DNA from: Callorhinchus milii
Lineage: Eukaryota
Direction of reading: 5' to 3'
Length of the DNA: 64,000 bases
NCBI RefSeq assembly: GCF_018977255.1
Contig: NW_024704742.1
Location: 117,368,001 to 117,432,000, forward strand
The notes under the pieces were generated by a model, which saw only the letters and a list, made by a program, of their open reading frames with translations, was not told the origin of the DNA and did not search any database. Every line of letters starts with the position of its first letter. The first letter of the stretch is position 1. The position numbers and the translations under genes are program-made. Below are positions 63,078 through 64,000 of the stretch, piece by piece.

Positions 63078-64000
63078 ATGACAACTCGATCTTTAATGGT
63101 ACAATCAGGAGTTTTGCTGGAACCAAATGTGGATCTTCTGCTTGTAACAATTCTCAGCACAGAAGGCAAAATTCCGGCTCAGAATACAGACTTAACGAAA
63201 GTCTGTATATAAAGTCTGTAAAGTTTGAAGATGCCGAGAAGGCAATTCATGTGAACATTTCGAAGATAGCAGGACAATACCTAACCGGACCGTGGATGAC
63301 CATATTTATTCCTTCTGTTTATACAGCTGTTATTGCAATGAGTTTGCCTCTCAACTGCTTAGCAATCTTACTGTTCCTGTTTAAACTGAAATTGAAAACG
63401 CCGTCCATAATCTTCATGGTGAATTTGGCTATTGCAGATTTACTATTTGTGCTGTTGCTTCCCCTAAAAATCTCCTACCATTTCTCTGGCAATGACTGGG
63501 GATTTGGTTCTTTCACGTGCCGAATGGTTACTGGTGGATTTTATGCTTACATGTACTGCTCTGTGCTGCTGATGATGTGCATAAGTGTTGATCGATTTTT
63601 TGCTGTGGTTTATCCAATACGCTCAGTCTCATGGCGTAGCCCTAAACGTGCTAGTGTACTTTGCATTGTCATGTGGGTTCTGGCTATCACTGGTGCGTTA
63701 CCCCTTTTCCTTTCTGAACAAATGGTGTATATCAGCAAACTGAACATTACAACCTGCCATGATGTGCTACCTCTCTCTACGCTACAAAACCACTCACTGT
63801 ACTACTTTCCCATCTTGTGTACGCTGTTCTTTGTACTTCCCCTCATTGTGACCTCAATCTGCTACATATCCATTATCCTTACTCTTTCCTCTTCAAGTCT
63901 GTCGACCAAATGCAAAAAAACTCGTGCCATCAGTTTGGCTGTGCTTGTGCTTTTTGTGTTTATTGTCTGTTTTGCACCAACTAATATTCTTCTACTTATA
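63078..64000 (+). CDS. F2R: PAR1/F2R-like GPCR exon 2 (open to the window end; N-terminus through TM6)
   Basis: ttttcag|AT acceptor; uninterrupted frame DDNSIFNGTIR/SFAG...SGSEYRL...GQYLTGPWMTIFIPSVYT...NLAIADLLFVLLLPLKISYHFSGNDW...YMYCSVLLMMCISVDRFFAVVYP...NITTCHDVL...FIVCFAPTNILLLI. TTCHDV and DRF are PAR hallmarks; YLT..W...F.PSVYT and SG.EYRL are PAR1-like. It could be an F2R paralogue rather than the orthologue. Confidence 0.88.

Overview
Eukaryotic (vertebrate) genomic DNA, most likely a cartilaginous fish and probably a holocephalan; this is inferred from the repeat complement of L2/CR1 LINEs, Deu-domain SINEs and a young tRNA-Ala SINE with (TTA)n tails. The + strand carries the last 13 coding exons of an IQGAP gene, best matching IQGAP2 (358..41101; GRD, RGCT and C-terminus, 629 aa visible, all GT-AG and phase-consistent), followed by a roughly 2.3 kb 3'UTR. 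Next come a decayed PAR1/F2R-like exon-2 copy (55598..56130) and an apparently intact two-exon PAR1/F2R-like GPCR (signal-peptide exon 58517..58583; exon 2 from about 63078, running off the window end). Most ORFs in the supplied track are retroelement fragments or noise. The most notable points are: a divergent protease-cleavage/tethered-ligand region in the intact PAR gene while the pseudogene keeps a hirudin-like motif; a duplicated in-frame splice acceptor in an IQGAP2 intron; a perfect 25-bp-stem intronic hairpin; a TIR element; an unclassified multi-copy repeat; and a three-level nested retroelement. I see no evidence for a wholly new multi-gene system. All alignments and counts were done by eye.
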